Under the pieces are notes generated by a model. That model was not told the origin of the DNA. It saw nothing but the letters and a program-made list of their open reading frames with translations, and did not search any database. The position numbers were made by a program, and so were the translations under genes. A stretch of DNA of 56,884 bases, counting the filler, from Sphacelaria rigidula (Eukaryota), in NCBI GenBank assembly GCA_964200075.2. It is 4 parts of 4 records of this genome, joined end to end, with 100 filler letters (N's around TTAATTAATTAA, not from the genome) between each part and the next. Parts side by side here need not be neighbours in the genome. Positions count along the whole stretch, not along the records: positions 1 to 14,148 come from CAXNAA020002428.1; positions 14,249 to 28,395 come from CAXNAA020002429.1; 2 more parts are not named here. One strand, 5' to 3'. Shown piece after piece: positions 11,927-25,784 of the stretch. Every line of letters starts with the position of its first letter. Positions within the stretch are counted from its first letter, which is position 1.

Positions 11927-13650
11927 CTGAAAAAGAGTCGGCGTTACGGTGTACGCAGCAGCAGCAGCAGAAAAAAATGAATGAGTGAAAGCTGCAAACT
12001 GAAAAATAAGAGAGAGTACTCGCGAAATAAATGTTGGTGAGGGTGGTGCATGTCACGTTGCATCTTCCTGCATGCAGCCGGGCTATGTATGCCTGGAAAA
12101 GGACCGCGGGCAGGTTGGGTAGGAACACCCCATGTTTTCGTATTTTGAGCAAACTGAAGATGTACCGGGACAGAATTCAATAAAATAAATTAGCGGGCGA
12201 AGCCCGCACGCAAGCCAGACTTCCGACACACAGACAGGGGCATCTCGACGTGAATAAAACGAAGCGCGACTTTGGCCGAGCGTTTCAAACTCGGCACCCG
12301 CCCAAAATTGACAGCGTGTCCAAAATGAGATGGAGGACCAAAACATGGGACATGTATGTCCTGTTTCACTGTAGCGCAGCTAAAGTACAAGTACACCCTC
12401 TCATGTGCTGGAGCTGCCACTGTACTACCGTGTGTTTTACGCATTGCGAAGATGGTTTGGATTGTGTGAGCTGATATGTTGTTGTGTTGTCTCTGCGGAG
12501 AACAATGTTAGTCGGCACGCAGTGCTGGCTGCACACTGCTGGAAACTTCGTGGTGTGTTGGCTGTTTCGTCTTCTGTAAAAGGAACAAGGCGCTGCCCGC
12601 TACTGCGGTACTCCGGCTGGTGCTGTGCGTTGGGGCAGTGAATTGTGCTGTTGTACCACTGTACTGTTCCTTACCGTTGTATCCAGTGAAAACATACAGC
12701 ACACATATATACCGGCTCTGCACGTATCTGTCTGTAGGGTCAAAACTGGTCAGGGCTTCTCCGGGACTATGTTCTATATGGAATACAAATATCCACATGT
12801 ACATGAAAAATGTGTTTAGTGTAGCGACAAAAGAGCAGTTTTGAACCCCAAGTGGGACATAGTCCAGATCAGTCCACCTGTGGGGGAGTCGCCGTATGAG
12901 GGTTAACCGGTTGAATGGTACCTAATGGTTTGATCATCGAGTGGCGCAGCCGCGAGCCAAAAAGCCTCCCCGGCAGAGGGGGGCCCGCCCGAGGCACGTT
13001 TTTACGCGATCTGGCTTCAGTAGAGCTAAAAATACGTGAAATATTGGCCAATTTACAAGGGAAGAAGCCGGTAACGGTAAATCATGGTTTGAAACCATTA
13101 TCCAATTTTTTTACAGCCATTACCATCATCACCATGATGATGATAATGGCCAGTTATGACTCGTACCATTTCCGAGCTCTAGTAATCACGGACATCAGCA
13201 GCATGCAGTAGACTGTGTTCAGTGCAGAGCGATGGCACGCTGACCGTTTATCGCCTTTGTATCCAACGGAGACATAGCACTAACTGCACGCAATTAATTG
13301 ACTTTAAAAAGTCGCAACTGGTAGAGGTTCTTTAGAACCCCTTTCATTATAGACGCCCAAAAACCACATGTTCATGAGAAAAGGCGCGGGTGTTGCGACA
13401 AAACCACTCTTTTGAACCCCAAGTGCGGCGTAGTCCGTCTGAGCCCATCTGAGGGGATTGACTGTCTGCGGGTGAACGAGATAACCCTGTTCCTGTTGAA
13501 TGTAAAACGTGATCTAGATTTTTTTTCAGAGCTGAGATAATTAGAAAAAAAGGTTCACCCTGCGCAATTGCGAACACCGATCACAAGCCACTTTGTGAGG
13601 GGTGGGAATCACGCTACGAGAAAAGATCATCTATGCTCACTATCACTCAC

Positions 13651-13800
13651 CGCCCCCATCCTCCTCTGAATCATCCGAGCCGAGCTCTATCTCCTGATTG
13701 GGATCATCTTCGGCATCATCATCCTCTTCATCCTCTTCCTCCCCTACTAATTCTGCGCCTGCCTCTGTAACCCCAGCACCGTCATCCTCATCCTCCTCTT
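13651..13800 (-). CDS. Internal exon of the same acidic host protein
   Basis: ccag acceptor, EEDEDDGAGVTEAGAELVGEEEDEEDDDAEDDPNQEIELGSDDSEEDGG, phase-1 donor gtgagt joining to 11926. Confidence 0.65.
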
Positions 13801-14148
13801 CTGGTAACAAGAGGCGAACGGTATTGACGCGCGAAACATAAAATCCAACGCGAAATAGGGTCAAATCGGCATGCGTTATCTGCCTGCAACCCATCCTGTA
13901 GACCAGTTTTTGGGTTCCACGAATAAAATCAGGGCAATATGTCAGTAATTCATGTAACGCTTTTGAGATTTCACTCACACATATTTTACTCTTATATTTT
14001 CTTCAGCGAGTGTCCAAGTTTTGTTTTGTCTCGAGTACGTCCATCATGTGACGACGGTAGTATCGCCGGGGGGGGGGGGGGGGGGAGGTGGGGTGCCGCC
14101 CTCGAAACACATAAATAACAAAAAGACCAACAATCACTCTGCCGACTC

Positions 14149-14248
14149 NNNNNNNNNNNNNNNNNNNNNNNNNNNNNNNNNNNNNNNNNNNNTTAATTAA
14201 TTAANNNNNNNNNNNNNNNNNNNNNNNNNNNNNNNNNNNNNNNNNNNN
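14149..14248. other. Artificial contig linker (N44-TTAATTAATTAA-N44)
   Basis: 100-nt spacer with TTAATTAATTAA (stops in all six frames) at 14193-14204; identical spacer occurs three times. Confidence 0.97.
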
Positions 14249-14374
14249 GGGCACCATCGCTGAAAGTGTAGGGAACGCACTGTTTTAGGCTCGAACCTCA
14301 TCTCGGAGTTAAACCTCAATTCGCACAATTTTTTGTTGTTCTACGGTATAATATTTAGGAGTACAGTGATGATG

Positions 14375-14716
14375 CCGGTCGCCCCGTCGTTCAGTTGGTA
14401 ATCCCGAAACCTTCTGACAGTTGGGACGCAGGATAGAATCTCGGTAGAGTCACATGATCCGTGGTTCTCTCTAACAGTATTCCCAACAGTGGCACACAAC
14501 GTTCGACTTCACGGTTGACGAGGGAAAGGGACCCTTAAATCCTTCTCGAGATGAGAATTAAGGGAGGAACCGCAGAAGGATCGCGGGGGACTACAAATAC
14601 AAAAAAGGAAACTCCTGTGTTGACCTCCCTCCTGTGCGACCATGGCTGATGCGCGCACATTTATCGAAAGGTGTACCTGGCGTCCAGAATAGGTTCGATG
14701 GCAACAAACATGTAGT

Positions 14717-14767
<51 letters not shown>

Positions 14768-14779
14768 CACACACACACT
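14375..14779 (+). mobile_element. tRNA-derived SINE copy with (AC)n tail
   Basis: A-box-like GTTCAGTTGGT (~14388), degenerate B box GGATAGAATC, body shared with 9927-10290, (AC)~30 tail at 14719-14778. Confidence 0.7.
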
Positions 14780-15220
14780 CACCTGTCGCAGCTTGCCTCG
14801 AAAATACTCGATTGCCTCGCCATCTCTCATCCTTTAGCTGCACAACTTGTCCGTCTCGGGGACTTTCACCATGAAATTCTTCCGATGGATTGTGGATCCT
14901 AGCTGCGTGTGATGACTGAGTTAGAGATGTCTGTCATGAAGCGCTCGTTATTACTGTCAGTGCTTGGCTCTCGACGAAATGAGCTCTCGACGAAATGAGC
15001 TCTGGACGAAACGAGAAACGATCAAACGAGACTCTTAACATGAAACCGTCAAGATGCGGCGAAATTATAAATTGCCCCGCCCGCTGGGGGGGTACTACTA
15101 GCTTCCTGGTTGTGTCAGCTGGACGGCGGCGAGCGCGTAAAACGACGATGAGGTTTTATTACAATGCGCCCATCATCGCTTTAGGGCTTTCTTGGTTGGG
15201 TTTTGCGATTGCTGCTGCAG

Positions 15221-15454
15221 CCGACTTCGCCCTGGCTCTCGACCTGATGATGCAGCACCATGGGAAGGACAAGGCCAAGTTGGGGCAAACGCTGAACACC
15301 CTCACCCAGATCGCAACCAAGCTTCGAGATGAACCGGGAGACGAAAAGTACCAGAGTATCCGACTGTTGAACAAAACGTTCTGGGATCGTGTCGGTAGCG
15401 TCAATGGGGGCATCTCCTTCATGAATGCCTTGGGTTTTGATCTAGTTCAACAAG
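15221..15454 (+). CDS. PUB/UBX domain protein (p97/CDC48 cofactor, UBXN6/PUX-like), PUB-domain exon
   Basis: gctgctgcag acceptor; TLNTLTQIATKLRDEPGDEKYQSIRLLNKTFWDRVGSVNGGISFMNALGF is a typical PUB signature; phase-1 donor gtacg. Upstream exon not located. Confidence 0.88.
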
Positions 15455-18299
15455 GTACGACACATGCTACACCCCTATAATAAGTAACGGCGTTAACACC
15501 CCCCCCGCGCGCGCGCCCCAGAATGATACTGGGTAAGTTCTTGAACTTGGAACAAGACTCTTCAGCAGCCTTCAGTAGCACGGTGTTTGGTCCTGCTACT
15601 GGACAGATCTTCGTTAGATACATATTTCCAGCGATTTGACTTTGGCCTTCATGCGTAGGGTTTGTTCTCGAGAAAATCGGAGTTGTTGAGAGCAACGAAT
15701 AATGTCGCCCGCGGTTGGTCTCTTGTCACCTACATTTATGTATGGGTATATGGGCCAAGTATGATTGCCAGTGGAATTTATGAGTCTGTGGGTAATCTGA
15801 GATCGACCAGCATACATACAATTCGCCAGCTGCGCACGTGCAGCCATTATATCAGGTATACCGCCGTTCGGTTTTGTCGGTTGTTCTTGGTAGCTAAGGT
15901 GTTACTTCATGATGACTACCACCCGCGATCATAGGGGATGCCTCGAAAGGTTGAGGTATTTTGCTCAACAAAAATGTGACGATTTCAATGTCTCTACAAT
16001 GGCATAGATTGAAGAAGGATCAGCTTTCTGCAGCTCATGTTGCATCATGATTGTAAGAGAGGCATACTTTCGCTCCATAGCATAGCTGTCCACCAAAACA
16101 CGCCGAGGAGACGTTACACCAACGTGACGCCCGCCCACCATAAACTATGTCTTCCGTTGTCCTCTATTCTGACTAAACGGCGCGGTGGAGTAACGTTTTG
16201 GAAACGTACGTGCCAACATTCAGCTACCGCCTCAGTCTTCGAAAACAGTAATGCCTAAAACCTCGGCGGGGTTCTACTGCAACAGTTCACATGATATTTT
16301 TGGCGCTTCTTCGGTAGATGCCAATCGTTTGCTCATGTTTTCTCCCCGCGTCGATCATAATTTCACCCGTATTTTTATGGGAGCTCGTGGCCGACCCTAA
16401 AGTGAAATATAGCTAGCTGTGGATGGGGATATCTAACAGTTAGTCAAGACGGGTAAGCCGACCAAGAATCTGATACCTTGGCTTGGTTCATGATTTTCTG
16501 ACCCAATTCCTGCAGGAACGCGCAGACCTTCACCTCGGACGACTGTATTCCTCTATACACTGCAACCCTACTCCCCACAATCACAAGGTATACAAGGTGC
16601 TTGGTGCGATCATGTAGATTCCGTTTTTGTTCTCGACGGCGACGTGGGTCTCGAGATCAGCATGTTCCCGATTATCCAACTGCAACTTATTGACAAACAC
16701 TCCTGCGCACACACCCGAAAACTCGCGTCATTTTTACCCCATGATCGTGGAGGGTCAAGTGTACGTACAGCCTGGCTGACCAACGAGCACGTCCACTTGG
16801 AAATAGAGGGACGAGATTAACAATAAGGCGACGTGTACGTCATCTAAAAATATTTGATTCACCACAATTTTCTCCGTGCTATCATAGCAGGACTGTCGCA
16901 CGAAAATACGAAGCAAAGAAAGCCTACCCTCGTATTTTTTTGTCGAGTAATCGTTTCAAGTATATAGCCAAGTATATAGCAACTAATGCGCATACAATCG
17001 GACGTGCAGGATTGTGTAGTTTGTATTTTGGTAAGTGCTTGGAGGCAGTGAAAAGGTTACGCCAGTGGAACGTGGTGCTGTATGCAATAAATCTGACATT
17101 GGGACCTGTCTTGACGGGACCCCGAAAAATGCTTCGAAAAAGCATATCGTGATTCTTGCCCTGCGACTGGTAGATGCGACACCACCCCCCGAAACAATCG
17201 TTTGCAAAGTTGAGTTTTGATCTATTTGGATGTTCTGAAAGTCAGTCGAGCTATTCGGAAATCGTTTCGCTCGTACCGGAATATAAAAAGGCGGTGCATC
17301 GCAATCATCTCTTCATTACATCACTCCATTAATGTCGAGAAACGTTCATGTGTAGCAGTAGCCACCTCCTACGGACCTCCTGCGGCGCGCACGATGCCTG
17401 CCGGGGCGGCGCATAGCTTCCGCGGGACAGATCGGACTGTGCTGCGTTTTCTGCGAAGTTATTGACAAAATCTTGCCTATTCCGTGCCGTAGAACACTTG
17501 TTGAGCGCGCTCCGCTCCAGTGTGGCCACGTTCCGGTTATTAGGTTCTATCGCATTTTCCTCCTGGTGATATGTTTTTCGTTGGTTACGCATTCGCGAAT
17601 ACCCAAGCTAGTCGTTTCGGATGAAGACGTGATTTTCCCAATTCGTTACTCGGGTTCCGTGAAGAGACGGCCTAATACTATAACCGCATATCCTGTAGTA
17701 GTGTAGTGACGTCATCACATGATGTAAGATGGGTTGAAGAGTCGGTTGGAAAACCGTGTGTCGAGAAGAGGCAGGTCTGCCTTCGTTATACGCAGACAAG
17801 CGATCATTGCTTCGTTTTCTCGAATGATGACGCGAAGGCTAACGCCACCCAAATCCAAACCCGAACCCAAGGCAGATGGAGAACCCTCGGACAGGCGAGG
17901 CACACAGGATGTCCTCGGCAACGCGTGCTTTGTTCTTGATCGAATGGGCTGCCGTAGACGCAGATTATTTGCCATAATGTGTGCTGCGCATGCTGGGCGA
18001 GCGCTTGGGGCTGTGAGCACTATTAAGATCCGAATATGATGGTCCACACCAAAGCCAAGTATGTACTCAACCGTTGTTCGTTTGCGACGAATTGGTGAAA
18101 ACTTTACTGGTCGACACACAGCAATAACTGGAACTTCACCTCTCAAAATAAATAAGCGCACAAGATTTTTTCAGGAGGGGTACAAAGCGAATCAAAATCG
18201 ATGAATCAAGCAATACCACTCGTTGTACCAGTAGAGCACTCGCGTTGTTCGAGGAAGCAAACGACCACGTAGACACAGAGATTTTGCCGAAGAGTGATG

Positions 18300-18423
18300 C
18301 CACAGTAGGGGTGCACTTTTCAGTCCAAAACGTTTCTGAGGTTGCACCCTAAGGCCCAGATGTTCGTCATCGAGAGGCTCCTACAACGCAAAGCCTCGGA
18401 AGAAAAGTGCACCCCTACCGTGG
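18300..18423. mobile_element. Short MITE, same TIR family as 9084-9330
   Basis: CCACAGTAGGGGTGCACTTTTC ... GAAAAGTGCACCCCTACCGTGG inverted pair. Confidence 0.65.
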
Positions 18424-20289
18424 AATTGCTCCGAAGTGACTGGGAAAGATTTCTCACACAAATGAGCGTACAGCCCACGTGTTGGTCTGGAACAGTAAGT
18501 GCAAACGCCCTCCCTGGTATCGGGAGTACTGAGGGCCCGAAAGAAAGTACACAGTTGATTTTTGCGGACCTCAAGAGCCCCTTCAGCCCTTCGCATGCTA
18601 TTATCATAGAGCCCGGTTGTGTCGTAGCAGCTGCTGCTAAAAGGTTGCACTCAGCACTGACCGTACGTTACTCGGCTGTATGCTGTGTGCTAATTGCTGT
18701 GTGCTAATTGCTGTGTGCTTTGTGCTGCGTGTTATGTGCTGTGTTATCTACCGCACTATGCTGTGCTGTCCGGTCGGTGTTCTATACTACTTTCTCTCCC
18801 GAATCTGCTGGCTGCCAAGTACTGCAAGATAAGAAGACAATATTTGCCGGCGGTTGGTTCTGTTTCTTCGATGTACATGTCCATAGCGCCGCTGAGACGC
18901 TGCCATACACTAGGTTGTACATTGTTTTTTACACCCTGTACTCAGCTCGTACCCCTACGTTTCTGGTGTGCGCCCTGCTCCCTGCCCGTATCTCTCTATT
19001 TCAACGGCTCTCTGCAAGTTCTCTGTGCTGTGATCATTGATGGCAGTGTTCTTGTATGGATCGTACCGTCTCTTCACGTTCTACTTTCGTTTCCCCTGGT
19101 TGAGCCCGTTGTTCATGTCGCTTTGTTTTTTTCATTGCTCATAAATTGCATGGAAAGAGTTCTGCACACAGACGATAACCACTACGCGATCACGTACTGA
19201 AGATGTCACGGAGGCTGAACCAACCACGTGGGCAGATAGCATATAGACCAGCACCAAAGCATCACCAATCGAAGAGAAATGTGCAAAGACAAGCGTGCCG
19301 CCCAGATATGCACCTGTACGTTGTCGGACATGTGTGTACGTGTAAGAGCACATTAGTTGCTTGTCCAGCACTCATCTTGGGTGGATCACTTGATTTTAGT
19401 AGAGAGCAGCTCCGCCGAATGATGAACTCCAACTCGCCCCCCCTCCAGGGAGCAAGGACATCAGCTTATACACAAAACACAAAGCGCACAACCAAACAAC
19501 ACGTACACCAGCCACAGAAAGGGCTAGGCGAGCACGCGAAGGTCCTCTGACACAGTAATGGCTTCACGTAGTATACACAAGCTTCTCCCAACCAGTCGAC
19601 GGTGGCCGTGTATGCAGTAGGCGACGTGACGGTTATATTATCATGTAATGGTTGCCAGTAGCTACCCTGCGCGCACGCAAGATTTTTTATCTGCTGCTGG
19701 CCGTATTGTTCATTCCCCATCAAGCAGCGGAACCGTTGGTGGGCGTTACGGGGATCTTGCTGTTGCCTGCCTTCCCAGGTTATCCCGGCCTATATGGCGA
19801 GCACATGGCAGTACAGTAGGGATAGACAACGTGACCACGGGTACGGTGCTTGTTGTCGACTACGTTACGTTATCCCATCATACATCGCTGCTGCATGGGC
19901 ATCATGTTGGATCTACTTGTGGCTGTGAAGGGTAGTGAGGATTTATTGTTAGTAAACTGTTCCGCCGGTGGGTGCCAGGGTTGTACAAAACATGCTTTTG
20001 TGAAACTACGAGGCTGTGCTGTATTGTGACCTGCACATGTATACATACTGAGTACCACGCCGAACATGCTTCCCGGCGATTTCCCTAGACTTGAGCTACG
20101 TGTCACAACCACCCTCAAACAGACTCTTTGGTTGTTGGTACGCCACGGTTGCTGAAGGGTTAAAGTCTTTGCTTTTGGTGGTTTTGGGTGGGCACATGGC
20201 TACTGCAGGACCCACAGAGTCAGAGCCGGAGGGCGACCGTAATCCTCATGCCCTGCACCTACTGGTATTTGCAACCGCCTGTTCTACAG

Positions 20290-20493
20290 GTCAAGGCCAG
20301 GGGCCTGCATTTCAGGTGCGCCCGGGCGCCCCCCAAAGCGCTGATCTTGCGCTTGCGTTGGAGTTGCTGTCTGGGAAATCAACATCCAGGTCATCCCAAC
20401 AAGAACCTGCAGCACCTCAAGAGCACGTTGAGGACGAAGGAGTCGAAGCTACTGGCGGAGCTGCAATGGCCTCGGGAGATGGGGGTAGGGAGG
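20290..20493 (+). CDS. PUB/UBX protein, exon (PUB C-terminal helix plus linker)
   Basis: ttctacag acceptor, QGQGPAFQVRPGAPQSADLALALELLSGKS.., donor gtgagg; phase 1/1 fits both flanking exons. Confidence 0.7.
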
Positions 20494-20583
20494 GTGAGGG
20501 AGTTAGTTCGATTCGTACTATGCTGCCAGTTCAGGAGATGCAAATGACCTTGTTGTAAACCTAGATTTACTGACTGCACCAGT

Positions 20584-20812
20584 TGTACCTTTCACGGCGC
20601 CGTTTCAACCCTGGTTTACTTTGTGGTGGTTTTGTCTTGAGGGCCGTTTCGTTTGCAGCCTGGCGGATATCTTGGCTGGCAATCGCCAGAATGATCTAAA
20701 TCAACCCCCGGTCAGAGCCTGGTCCGGCGAAAACCCGGCGTGCTCCGATCCGGCTTTGTAGGGATACGAGGTCAATGGTCTTATTACTATGGCATGCATG
20801 ATCATGAGTACA
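20584..20812. mobile_element. Solo-LTR-like ~230-bp insertion
   Basis: Begins TGTAC and ends GTACA; CCAGT at 20579-20583 and 20814-20818 is a possible TSD (1-nt offset); its last ~63 bp recur at 42741-42803. Confidence 0.6.
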
Positions 20813-22108
20813 CCCAGTCACCGACCCTCCACATCGTACCCTTTTCCATGCAATATGTAGAGGTCATGGTTTGCTCTCGCGGTGCGCATGTCAATGCGTG
20901 TTGCTGATGAGCCAGTGTGTAAGCTTGGAGTTAATCGTAGTCGTTGATACCCTTTCTAGGAAGGGTGTGCATTGGAAACAGTGCGTTAGATAGATCGCTG
21001 TACTGCACTTCCGACCTTGCCACACACCAATACTTCCGGGCGAGTAATATTTGGTCGTCTGTATTTGCTTTGTTGACCACATGGCTTGTCGTATGTGTGC
21101 TAACTGAGCAATATGATGGAGAAACTTCGTGCAAAGGTTGATGTGGTTCGTTTACAGACCAAAATTCACTTGGGAAATGTGTGGGGAACCGTTCCGGGAA
21201 CGATCGTCACTTAATTTAATTATTCAATGAGGATGCGACACGCTGAACACGTGGCACGTGGCGGAAGAGGGCTGCGAACGCAACGCCGAGATTGGACACC
21301 ATCTACCAAAACTGACCGGATTCGCACGTGACTGCATAGAGCCCGAGGGTGTTCCGTCCGCTGTAAGCGAGTTCGACCGGCCTCTGTGACCCCACAATAG
21401 ATGGGCATAGACGAGATTTGGCATTTTATGTCTCCTTGTTGAAAATTGCATTGGAATACTCTGACACATGGGGTATACCAATATATCTCTATATATAAAT
21501 ATATATTGAACTAGCACCACCTCCGCCACGGCATTTGTCGCCACTAAGGGGGAAGGGGTGGGTGGGCAGGGGTATAGGGCACTCTAAGTTCACGCGATCA
21601 AGCTGCGAATTGCGGTGAGACCTCTACACTTGTGTCGGTTCAACTGTTGAGAATTTGCTACTGGACTTGGAGCAAGGATGTAATTTGCGATTATTGAGAG
21701 TTGACCCCGAGTCAGAGAAGTTGCGTTGGTGTGGTGACTAAGTTGCAGAGTTGCCTAGAAATCTCATCGCACGCTCATTCGAAGAGGGCGAAAAAGAGTC
21801 AGGCCAGCTAACGAGTATAATATTTAGGTGCAGTAGATCATTCCTGCAGCTGTCGCAGTTACCTGCAGACTACTTGACAACGGTTCCTCGGCCAAAGTGT
21901 AAGGTGTTCGTTCACGGCCCAAAACCACGGGGGAGGGGAAGCAGGAGAGGGGGCTGATGGATATATCACGCGTTGACTCTCTGCGAACATCAAACATCGG
22001 GTTTAACGTCAAAGCGTAGTGTCCGGCCGGTCGTTCGAAGCTCCCGCGCATCGCATGTAAAATATGATATTTGTCTTTTTCTGTTATTGGCCGTGAATTC
22101 GTGTCCAG

Positions 22109-22557
22109 GTTTCAACCCATTCGCTACAGCGTTCTCTCGAAGGTCTCGTACCCACCTACAGCAGCGGGCTGAAGAGGGGTTAGCGAATTGGGCACGGAGA
22201 CAAGCAATGCTACAGCAACGCTTCGGAGGCAACGAGGAGAGAAATGTGACTATCTTGTTGCCGCCGGCCGCTGCTGCTGCTGCATCCGGCGTCGCTGTTG
22301 CAACGACCAACTCAGCTGTGGGCGAGGACAGCAGAGAAGGAGACGACGAACTGAACGAACGCGAAGAACTTGAAATTGCTCTGCGTCTGTGGAGAGAGCG
22401 ACATACCAGAGACGAACCTGAACGGTTTGAGACGAGGGCAACGCGGGAATTGCGCAAGCTACTAGCCACCAAGATATATCCTTATGTCATCGTGCGCGTT
22501 CGACTACCGGAGGGCTTGTACGTCCAGGCGCGTTTCAACCTAGATGAGAGTTTAAAG
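22109..22557 (+). CDS. PUB/UBX protein, exon (coiled linker plus UBX N-half)
   Basis: FNPF..RFETRATREL..KIYPYVIVRVRLPEGLYVQARFNLDESLK matches the UBX IRVR(F/L)P-G-LQ-F motif; ccag/gtgagg splice sites. Confidence 0.88.
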
Positions 22558-24380
22558 GTGAGGTCAACTAGCTCCGTTCAGTCATCCTTCCAAGTCTTCC
22601 CAGACCCCCTTTCCCAATTTCCGCGACGTTGAACGAAGGTCTCTCACGTTGACCGAGGAACATTAACCGAGAGATAGTTTTCAAGTACTCTGCAGGCAGT
22701 TGCCGGAGCTGCAGGAGTGGCGTGATGCCCATAGGTGCTCGTTGCTTGGCCTGGTATTCATCTCTCCCCTTTCTTTGAGGCTCCGTATGGTCTCCAGACA
22801 ACTCCGCGACTTGGCAGATATATTCTTTTTTTGAATACCACACCAGTCCGATCTTCTCTTGTCACTATCTCAAACGCGAAGCATCCTTATTTTCGAGGTC
22901 AGCAACATATTCATATGACTTGGGTCTACTTCAAACTGAAGGCCTAACTACATCCGGCAGCTCAATCACCTGGGACTGGGATACCCCCCCATTTCGATTT
23001 GAGCAAAACATCGGGGAGTTTGGTACCGTTCTTGAGTCATCCAGGCGCCCTTGGCGAGGGTAATGCTTACTATTCACCTGGAGAAACTCGAACCACCGTG
23101 GCCTAACCATCACCCTCAGTTCCTTAAGACTGTGTCTTATCGAGATCGCAAAGAAGAAGCGGGAAAAGGAGCAAGCGTTCAAAAGCATGTGGATTGATCC
23201 CCGGGCGGGTCTATGATTGCGGCGACTCATCAATGTACTACTTTTGCTCGCTTGTTCCTCTTCTCCCCCTCTTTTTTTGTCACGATAAGACACGCCCTTA
23301 GATTGGCACTGTTTTCTCATGCCAATATTTGCGCTTACGGTCATCTGGTTGGTTCTGTTTTGTGTCTGCTTCGTGTTCACCACCTGGACTAAACCACTGA
23401 AGGCTTGTATTGGAAGCGATCGTAAATTAACTTTAGAATCATCAGCAATCATTACCCTATGGCATCATTGAACGATGAAATAGCAAAACGGCAAAACGAT
23501 GACAATAGTCGTGTCGGTCGAATGATGAGCGTATTTCAACCCTCGACGAAAGCACCTTTGAAGAAGGATTCGGGAATGAGGAGACAACTCTAAGTGTGAT
23601 CATAGCGCGAGCACACGTGTGTGACGCGACGTAGACACTAGCTGCGAAACGGTGACCCAGTAATCGTGCGCTGCACACTGTGACGGTGTGTGGCGTGTTA
23701 TTCGCAGCCGTGCCAACCATGAAGCCCACCATTTGCTTCCACGCAAATAGTGCAGTGTCCAAATGGACGTTGCTCTGGTGTTGTAGAGAGTATACCCGGC
23801 TCTGACTCGATCCTATTTTCAGCAGTGCACATGGTAAAGTACATGCTGTTTCATGCACTTCGACATGTGAGGTACATTAGTTTGATACATGTGGTGCGAG
23901 ATGTACGCCAATCCACCTCCGTGACTGTGCGCTCACCAACTTCTACTATCACGCTGTACAGCTTTGCCTTCTTAACCTAAGTTCCGTTTGAATCAGGATT
24001 TCGTCCCATTATGTCAATGCACCCATACTCACGGCGCACGTCCGGAGAAGACGGAAACGCAGTACCATAGCTTACCCTCTCTGAAATAAGCATTCTAGGA
24101 AATCACGCAGTGGTCGTCTGCCGAAGACATCACAACGACTCGTGATTCCCTTTCACCCCATTGACCTCGGGAAAGGTACTTCTCATTTTTTTCTTGGCGT
24201 CTCTCTTCTTATTTTCAATTTGGTGTTATATTAGCTGATTGCGTTTGTTCTCGTAATTAGGATGGAATCCAGAAAAAATGACGGAGGACTCTATGTCTTG
24301 CAAGAATTAGCAGGGAAGGTATTGGAAAGACGAGCCTACGTCTGTGACCACGGGTTCGAGAGATCGGACTAATGCGCGGA

Positions 24381-24384
24381 AATA

Positions 24385-24444
<60 letters not shown>

Positions 24445-24449
24445 GTAAT
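24381..24449 (+). repeat. (AAT)n microsatellite
   Basis: About 22 near-perfect AAT units. Confidence 0.95.
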
Positions 24450-24593
24450 GTGAATGTGCAAAAGTTCAGTGTCCACCATACTGTACAGCAGACGAAGCCT
24501 GCGATGTGAATCGTAGCCTAGCCTCCGATTGCGATTGAGTCATGGCTGAGCGCCCTTCACCACTCCGCACGGAATTGCGCACGATATCCACAG

Positions 24594-24889
24594 ACCGTGT
24601 ATCAGGTCATCGGAAAAAGTCTTGAAGCAGAAGCACGTTCTCAGTCTGATGAGAGTTGCAGCTTGGAACTTTGCCACCACTTTGAACTCTTCCTTGCGGG
24701 TCCCGCGAGGACACTTGAGCATGACAGCACGAGCCTCCGAGATGCAAACATTCTTGCCCCGGCGTGCCTAGTACACCTTCGCTGGGACGATGAGCAAACG
24801 GTGGCGGAGAGTTGGGGATCCAAGCTTGAGAACGGCATGGCGAAGGTTATGACCGATGCAAGACATCCTAGGGTACCGTACTCCTCAAG
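24594..24889 (+). CDS. PUB/UBX protein, exon (UBX C-half; 3' boundary uncertain)
   Basis: cacag acceptor phase 0; TVYQVI..FELFLAGPARTLEHDSTSLRDANILAPACLVHLRW completes the UBX fold; candidate donors at 24847 or 24890, or read-through to stop at 24938. Confidence 0.8.
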
Positions 24890-25784
24890 GTATGCTTTTT
24901 ATTTTTTCGTGACTTTCCACGGATCACTTCCTATGTAGTGGTGTCTGAAAAGCCTCCGTTATAGAATAGCGGTGTGCCATTAATGTGCAACAACTGCGAT
25001 TGATGCAGCGTACCAAGCGCTTCCAGCGCCAAGTCGACGTAAAGCTGTAATGGCGTACAGGCACTTTACCAGCAACGAATACGTCTTGTGGACACCCTGC
25101 GAAATCCGAACAAACGGTTGTTGCCGGTGGGCGATCTATGTAGTCACTTTTGCCTTGATCACACGTGAAATGACTAGAGTCTTTCTACTTTCTGTTTGTC
25201 GAAGTTATTTGATCGTGCAGGTATCTTGTACGTTTACTAAAATTTGCGTCAACATCACACTTAGTTCTCCAGGTTAATTCCCTGCCCCGAATGAAACAGG
25301 TATGACGTACCCGAACCCGTGTCTTCAAGACGTATGCGTGAGGCAGCAGAACGAAATGATGATGCGTCGTGAACGACGGGTGCAGGAGTCGACAAGTCGC
25401 TGCACGGTCGCCAATGATCACTTGCTGCTTAGGGTTAGGGTTAGATCTTTCAACTTGGCACTGTTTGGGGATCGTCATGATGGGCAATCGTATAATTTTT
25501 TCAAGTCGTCCCGAGGGCATATTTCTTCGCCATGGTAGACATGGACGTGGATCTCGAGTGGATTAACGGCGCGTTCGTTGTGTTTAGGAAAGGAGTTGGC
25601 GGCCTACGCCGTCTACGGGAAAGCAAAGCGTTATATACATCAGGTTAATTGGCGACCAAAAAGCGAGAACTGGGATTCGTTTTCACGATGCATCCGAAGT
25701 CCGTCTTGACTATTTCTTCTCGAAGTCTAGCTACACTTGCTCTACGACACATTCGAGACCTGATGACTTGTTCGATATTGCAGC

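Noticed and set aside
14193-14204. TTAATTAATTAA as a biological motif or PacI site
   Set aside because: Embedded in N runs three times identically; it is an assembly linker.
14782-14900. Minus-strand exon as the start of the acidic gene
   Set aside because: Lies across an artificial linker in another contig; the GTGAGT donor abuts a SINE (AC)n tail.
25428-25444. TTAGGG repeats as telomere
   Set aside because: Only about 2.5 units, and interstitial.
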